DNA from: Myxococcota bacterium
GTDB taxonomy: Bacteria > Myxococcota > UBA4151
Direction: 5' to 3'
Assembly: GCA_036338695.1 (NCBI GenBank)
Contig: JAYZBQ010000048.1
Span: forward strand, 224,001-288,000
DNA length: 64,000 nt
Position 1 is the first letter of the stretch, and the number at the start of each line of letters is the position of its first letter. The notes beneath the pieces were generated by a model. The model was given only the letters and a program-made list of their open reading frames with translations. It did not search any database and had not been told where the DNA came from. Shown here one piece after another: positions 59,389-64,000 of the stretch. The position numbers were made by a program, and so were the translations under genes.

Positions 59389-59696
59389 GGCGCCTGCGCC
59401 AGTCCACACGCCTCGATCCGGCCGAGCGCCAGCGCATCACAGTCGCACTGGTTGGACTCGATCACTCGCTGGCAGGCGGCGCTGTCTTCTTCGGAGGCGG
59501 GGTGAACCTGACGGGCTGCTTCGACCTCGCTGAGGCAGCTTCGCTCGCTGCTTTGATCGGGTTCGCACGCGCAGACGATCTCCGCCACCTGGCGGCACGG
59601 ATCGGCGCAACCGACGCCCCAACCGATGAGCAGCAACATTGCGACTCTCAACACCGTGAGCCTCCCGCCAACTGTGCGCCTATCTACGTTATTCAT
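59385..59696 (-). CDS. Small Cys-rich lipoprotein
   Basis: Lipobox GVGC; paired Cys; ATGA coupling to pssA; true start may be ATG 59639. Confidence 0.65.
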   Translation of the reverse strand: MNNVDRRTVGGRLTVLRVAMLLLIGWGVGCADPCRQVAEIVCACEPDQSSERSCLSEVEAARQVHPASEEDSAACQRVIESNQCDCDALALGRIEACGLAQAP

Positions 59697-59714
59697 GGCG
59701 GCTTCGCTAGCTCG

Positions 59715-60761
59715 TTATTGAGCCAAAACAAGCAAGTTTGCCCCGTCGCTCGGCGGCAAATCGAGCCAGCCTTCGCGGACCCAAACCGGCTCCGCTTCGC
59801 TCATCAGCGAGCGAAAGGGTTTATCGGGGTTAAAGCGCCCCACAGCGAGTGGCAGGCTGAGGGCGGCGCCTGCCTCACGCCGGGCGATGACCAGCAAAGG
59901 GCGCTCAACGCGCTCGTCGGCGCGACCAAAAGCCAGCACCTCGGGCCGATCCGCTGGCGTCATAGGCACGAAGCGCCCCCACTCGAGCACCTCAAGCTGT
60001 CTGCGCAGCTGACCAAAGGGTCCATAGACGCGCTCGAGGTCATCGGCGAGGGCGTCATCGACCATGGGATAACCACGGAGCATGTACGCCAAGCCGATCC
60101 CGATCGGTGCCGCCTTCGCCGGCACATCCAAGCGCTCAAGTGGGTTGAGCACGCGCCCCGCTAGGTTGATCCCCAAGCGATGCTGCTGACGCACCAAAAA
60201 CTGCTCGAGGTCGTAGCCGGAGCATCGCCCGGTCAGGAACCGGCTAATCCCCGCCACACCCACAGGGTCAACGACCCCGTCCACCTGACCATCGAGCAGC
60301 TCATGATCGGGTCCTACGCCATGATCGACAAACAAAACAGCGCCCTCGGTCAGTCGAATAAACCGCTCGAACTCCAAGATCGCATCGGCTGGCCAATCGC
60401 CCGCTGATCGGATCACCACCCCTGCCAGATCGAGTTCCCAGAGCGGATGGATGTGTCGGGCGCGAAACTCGGACAGATAGCGCGCCGTGTGCTGACCCCG
60501 ACCCGGCGAGGGCAAGCCGACCTCTAAGAAGACGCCCAAACGTGCTCGCCGAGCCGCGCCCACGCACGCGTCGAGTTCGGCGCGATCCATCGGCGGATGA
60601 CCGAGGACCGCCGCGACGGAAGGAAGCTCTCGCCAAGGCGTCGGGATCAGTATGGCGTCGGCGTGCAAGCGCGCTGAACGCCCGATCGCCTGTCGCAAAC
60701 GATCTGGGGTGTCACCGCTTATGCTGAGCAAAATGGATGGAAAATGGCGTCGACGGGTCAT
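59715..60761 (-). CDS. Alpha-amylase (GH13)-like TIM-barrel protein, degenerate
   Basis: GD...L......[44 protein letters not shown] follow the GH13 scaffold; catalytic motifs eroded. Confidence 0.55.
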   Translation of the reverse strand: MTRRRHFPSILLSISGDTPDRLRQAIGRSARLHADAILIPTPWRELPSVAAVLGHPPMDRAELDACVGAARRARLGVFLEVGLPSPGRGQHTARYLSEFRARHIHPLWELDLAGVVIRSAGDWPADAILEFERFIRLTEGAVLFVDHGVGPDHELLDGQVDGVVDPVGVAGISRFLTGRCSGYDLEQFLVRQQHRLGINLAGRVLNPLERLDVPAKAAPIGIGLAYMLRGYPMVDDALADDLERVYGPFGQLRRQLEVLEWGRFVPMTPADRPEVLAFGRADERVERPLLVIARREAGAALSLPLAVGRFNPDKPFRSLMSEAEPVWVREGWLDLPPSDGANLLVLAQ

Positions 60762-60849
60762 CTTCGGCTATGCTCCCTCAGGTGATCCCAGCAATTGCTG
60801 CTTGTGGTTGGGTCCCACCCTGCCTTATCGAGCCGCTCAGGAGCCGTCC

Positions 60850-61122
60850 ATGCTGCAACGTGCGATCTTCGGACTCGGAACCACCGAACTGGTGATGGTT
60901 CTCGCTGTCGTTCTGATTCTCTTCGGACCCAAGAAGCTGCCCGAGCTCGCCAAGGGTCTCGGAAAAGGGCTGCGCGAATTCCGCAAAGCCTCGGACGAGG
61001 TAGGGCAGGCGATCCAAGAGGCCAGCATCGAAGAGATCGAAGCGCCGAAAGGGAGCGTGACCCCGACCGTCACCGCCGTGACGACCGAGCCCGAGGTGGT
61101 GGAGCAAGCGGAGCAGAAGTGA
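60850..61122 (+). CDS. tatA: Twin-arginine translocase TatA/TatB-family subunit
   Basis: [42 protein letters not shown]. Confidence 0.9.
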   Translation: MLQRAIFGLGTTELVMVLAVVLILFGPKKLPELAKGLGKGLREFRKASDEVGQAIQEASIEEIEAPKGSVTPTVTAVTTEPEVVEQAEQK

Positions 61123-61874
61123 AGGGGATCGACCCCCACAACGCCTCATTTTTTGAGCACCTCGAAGAGCTTCGGGCGAGGCTGATTCGTTGCGTGGTGC
61201 TCGTGCTCATCGGGACCATCGTTGCGTTCTCGTTCAAGGAGCAGCTGTTCCGGTTCTTTATGATCCCGATTCAGCCCTTAATCGCCAAAGAGCCCGGCTT
61301 GCTCGCGGTGCTCAGCCCGCTTGAGATGTTCATCGTCTACCTCAAGCTCAGCTTGGTCGCGGCGATCGTCGTGACCTACCCGATCATCTTGTACCAGGTC
61401 TGGTCGTTCCTTGCCCCAGCCTTACGCGGGAACGAACGACGCGCCGTCTTCCCGTTCTTGTTCTTCGGCAGCGGAGCGTTTGTGCTCGGCGCCGCGTTTT
61501 GTTTCAGCCTGGTGCTGCCGACCGGCCTTGAGGTGCTCCACGGCATGCTCCCCGCCGAGGTCGAGGCGAAGTACTCCACGGCGTCCTACTTCGGACTGGT
61601 CACGCTGATGGTGCTTGCGTTCGGGCTGGTCTTTGACCTGCCTGTGCTGATGGTCCTGCTCGCAAAGGTCGGGATTTTGCACCCGCGCACGGTCGCCAAG
61701 TACCGACGCTACATTATCGTGGGGCTCTTCGTCGTCGGCGCGATGCTCACACCACCTGACCCCTACACCCAGGTGATGCTCGCTTTGCCGCTGTGGCTTC
61801 TTTTCGAGCTCGGCTTGATCGTCTCAAGGATGGTGATCAAAGCGTCACCGCCTAAGCCTGCGTCCAGCGACTAG
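61119..61874 (+). CDS. tatC: Twin-arginine translocase TatC
   Basis: [45 protein letters not shown] overlaps the tatA stop. Confidence 0.95.
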   Translation: MKGIDPHNASFFEHLEELRARLIRCVVLVLIGTIVAFSFKEQLFRFFMIPIQPLIAKEPGLLAVLSPLEMFIVYLKLSLVAAIVVTYPIILYQVWSFLAPALRGNERRAVFPFLFFGSGAFVLGAAFCFSLVLPTGLEVLHGMLPAEVEAKYSTASYFGLVTLMVLAFGLVFDLPVLMVLLAKVGILHPRTVAKYRRYIIVGLFVVGAMLTPPDPYTQVMLALPLWLLFELGLIVSRMVIKASPPKPASSD

Positions 61875-62869
61875 AACTCAGCGCTCAGATCGATGTCACC
61901 CGATACGGACACCTGGTAGGCGCTGACGCGCCGCTCAAAGAAGTTCGCCAGCTCTTGGACGTCCTGCAGCTCCATGAAGCCAAAGGGATTGGTCGAGCCG
62001 TACACCGGGGTCATGCCCAGGTTGGTCAGACGCTGATCGGCGACGAACTGCAGATACTCTCGCATCGAGGCCGGGCTGAGCCCAGCGACGCCGAGGCTGA
62101 GCAGATCATCGCTGAAGGTCATCTCACACTCGATGGCTTCAGCGAGCATGGTCTTCACCTTCTCTTCCATCGCTGCGTCCATCAGGTCGGGCTCTTCCTT
62201 GCGCACGATCCGGATGACTTCAAAGGCGAAGTTCATGTGGCAGCTCTCATCACGGAAGACCCAGTTCGTGCCGGTCGCCAGACCGCTCAAGAGCCCCTTC
62301 GAGCGCAAGAAGTAGACGTAGGCGAAGGCGGCGAAGAAGAAGAGCCCCTCGATGCAGCAGGCGAAGCAGATCAGGTTGAGCAGGAACTTCTTGCGGTCCT
62401 CTTTCGTCGTGAGCTCCTCGAGCTCGTCGACCGAGTCCATCCACTTAAAGCAGAACTCTGCCTTTTGCTTGATGCTCGGGATGTTGTGGATCGCAGCGAA
62501 CGCCGCCTCGCGCTCCTTGGGATCCGGTACGTACGTATCCAGCAAGGTCAGATAGAACTGAACGTGGAGCGCCTCTTCATAGAGTTGGCGCGACAGATAC
62601 ATCCGCCCTTCCGGGCTGTTGATGTGCTTGTACAGGTTCAGCACCAGGTTGTTCGCAACGATCGAGTCACCGGTTGCGAAGAAGGCAACCAGGCGGTTGA
62701 TCAGGTGCTTCTCGGCGGGCGTCATTTTGTGCTGCAGGTCGGCGATATCCCTAGAGAAATCAACCTCTTCAACGGTCCATGTGTTCTTAATCGCGTCGCG
62801 ATACATCTCATAGAGTTGAGGGTAAGCCATGGGGCGAAGCGTCAGATTGAGTCCGGGATCGAGAATCAC
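61871..62869 (-). CDS. nrdB: Class Ia ribonucleotide reductase beta subunit
   Basis: WTVEEVD, FFATGD, EEALHVQFY (radical Tyr), IEGLFF, RDESCH, NFFERRV..Y. Confidence 0.95.
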   Translation of the reverse strand: MILDPGLNLTLRPMAYPQLYEMYRDAIKNTWTVEEVDFSRDIADLQHKMTPAEKHLINRLVAFFATGDSIVANNLVLNLYKHINSPEGRMYLSRQLYEEALHVQFYLTLLDTYVPDPKEREAAFAAIHNIPSIKQKAEFCFKWMDSVDELEELTTKEDRKKFLLNLICFACCIEGLFFFAAFAYVYFLRSKGLLSGLATGTNWVFRDESCHMNFAFEVIRIVRKEEPDLMDAAMEEKVKTMLAEAIECEMTFSDDLLSLGVAGLSPASMREYLQFVADQRLTNLGMTPVYGSTNPFGFMELQDVQELANFFERRVSAYQVSVSGDIDLSAEF

Positions 62870-62920
62870 GTTGAAGTTACCTTATCGTGTCAAAAGGTGG
62901 TGCTGATGGAGGCGGCGAGG

Positions 62921-64000
62921 CTACTGGCAGTAGTCGCAGGATTCAGGGTTTTCGAGGCTACACAGTAGAGCGGCTTGGCGCTCATCTTGTTCCGACGAAG
63001 CGCTCGGTAATCCCGTCGTCGTCTGAGCGATTCGGGTCGCCGGGCGAGAGCGCAGGTAATAGGTCGTCTTCAGACCCGACTTCCAAGCGTAGAAGTACAT
63101 GGAGCTGAGCTTGTCGATCGTCGGGCTCTCCATGAAGAGGTTGAGGCTCTGGCTCTGGTCGATGTACGGCCCGCGCAAGGCAGCCATCTCGACCAGCGGC
63201 TTCTGGCTCAGCTCCCACGCCGTTCGGTAGCGCACCCTCAGATCGGCTGGGATCTCAAAGATATCTTGGATGGAGCCCTCGGCGAGCTTGATCTTGTTTC
63301 GGATCTCGGGGGTCCAGAGGTTGCGCTCGCGCAGCTCGGAGACGAGGTAGTTGTTGATCTGCAGGAACTCACCCGAGAGCGTCTCGCGCTTGAACAGGTT
63401 CGACACCTGCGGCTCGATGCATTCATAACATCCGACGATCGAGGCGATGGTCGCCGTCGGCGCAATGGCGACGAGCAGGCTGTTGCGAAGGCCGACCTCA
63501 GCGATCCGAGCTTTGAGCGCTTCGAAGCGCTCCGGCTGACTCGGCCTGGTGCCCCACAGGTCAAACTGCAGCTGCCCCTTCGCCGCACGCGTCTCCGGGA
63601 AGGTCTCGTGAGCGCCAAGCTCTTCGGCTAAGTCGGCGCTCGCCTTGAGCGCATGGTAATAGATCTCTTCAGCGATACGCGCCTGCAGTCGCTTCGCCTC
63701 TTCCGAGTCGAAGGGCAGGTTCAACTTGAAGAAGACGTCTTGGAGGCCCATCATCCCGAGCCCAACCGGGCGCCATTTCATGTTGCCGCGCCCCGCCTTA
63801 TCGATCGGGTACCAAGTCCGGTCGATCACACGATCCAGCTGGCGCACAGCGACGTCCACGGTCTCTCCGAGACGGGCGAAATCAAACCGACCGTCGGCCA
63901 CGTGGTTGCTCAGGTTAACCGAGCCCAAGTTGCACACGGCGGTCATGTCATCATGGGTGACCTCGATGATCTCGGTGCACAGGTTCGAAAGGTGGACAAC
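62921..64000 (-). CDS. nrdA: Class I ribonucleotide reductase alpha subunit, C-terminal part (5' truncated)
   Basis: SNLCTEI at the window end, VCNLGS, APTAT, DQSQSLN, KTTYY, C-terminal CDYCQ. Confidence 0.95.
   Translation of the reverse strand, partial: VVHLSNLCTEIIEVTHDDMTAVCNLGSVNLSNHVADGRFDFARLGETVDVAVRQLDRVIDRTWYPIDKAGRGNMKWRPVGLGMMGLQDVFFKLNLPFDSEEAKRLQARIAEEIYYHALKASADLAEELGAHETFPETRAAKGQLQFDLWGTRPSQPERFEALKARIAEVGLRNSLLVAIAPTATIASIVGCYECIEPQVSNLFKRETLSGEFLQINNYLVSELRERNLWTPEIRNKIKLAEGSIQDIFEIPADLRVRYRTAWELSQKPLVEMAALRGPYIDQSQSLNLFMESPTIDKLSSMYFYAWKSGLKTTYYLRSRPATRIAQTTTGLPSASSEQDERQAALLCSLENPESCDYCQ

Noticed and set aside
61871..62869. Unusual RNR class (Ic or metal-free)
   Set aside because: The first ligand Asp, the radical Tyr and both ExxH motifs are present, consistent with class Ia
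61955..62968. Long antisense ORFs (also 20352-21314, 40816-41877, 26942-27964, 35064-35975 and others)
   Set aside because: Shadow frames of well-supported genes; expected in high-GC DNA; no recognisable motifs

Overview
GC-rich bacterial chromosome segment with very dense gene packing. It is most likely from a myxobacterium-like organism (Myxococcota or a related lineage). This is inferred from a MYXO-CTERM-like sorting tail, DUF4215-type Cys-rich repeats, a eukaryote-like Ser/Thr kinase with PEGA domains, and many Cys-rich lipoproteins. About 46 CDS are supported. Housekeeping genes include cysS (partial), hflX, rpsU, radA, gpsA, dnaX, tadA, an acyl-CoA carboxylase operon, kdsD/kpsF, pgi, mgtE, glpK, pssA, tatAC, nrdB and nrdA (partial). 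RNA genes are tRNA-Ser(CGA), tRNA-Ser(GGA), tRNA-Ser(GCT), tRNA-Arg(ACG) and a compact SRP RNA. I found no mobile element, prophage, CRISPR array or recognisable defence system. Best leads: (1) a 10.4-kb A-B-A'-B'-C operon of paired surface lipoproteins; (2) a membrane-less DUF2156 (MprF-type, aminoacyl-tRNA-dependent transferase) gene coupled to a lipoprotein alpha/beta hydrolase; (3) a tRNA-Ser/tRNA-Ser/SRP cassette oriented against tadA-dnaX, with the SRP RNA 3' end overlapping tadA antisense; (4) several intact but catalytically eroded enzyme homologues (GH57, GH13-like, metallophosphoesterase). All family calls come from motif recognition by eye, not database searches.
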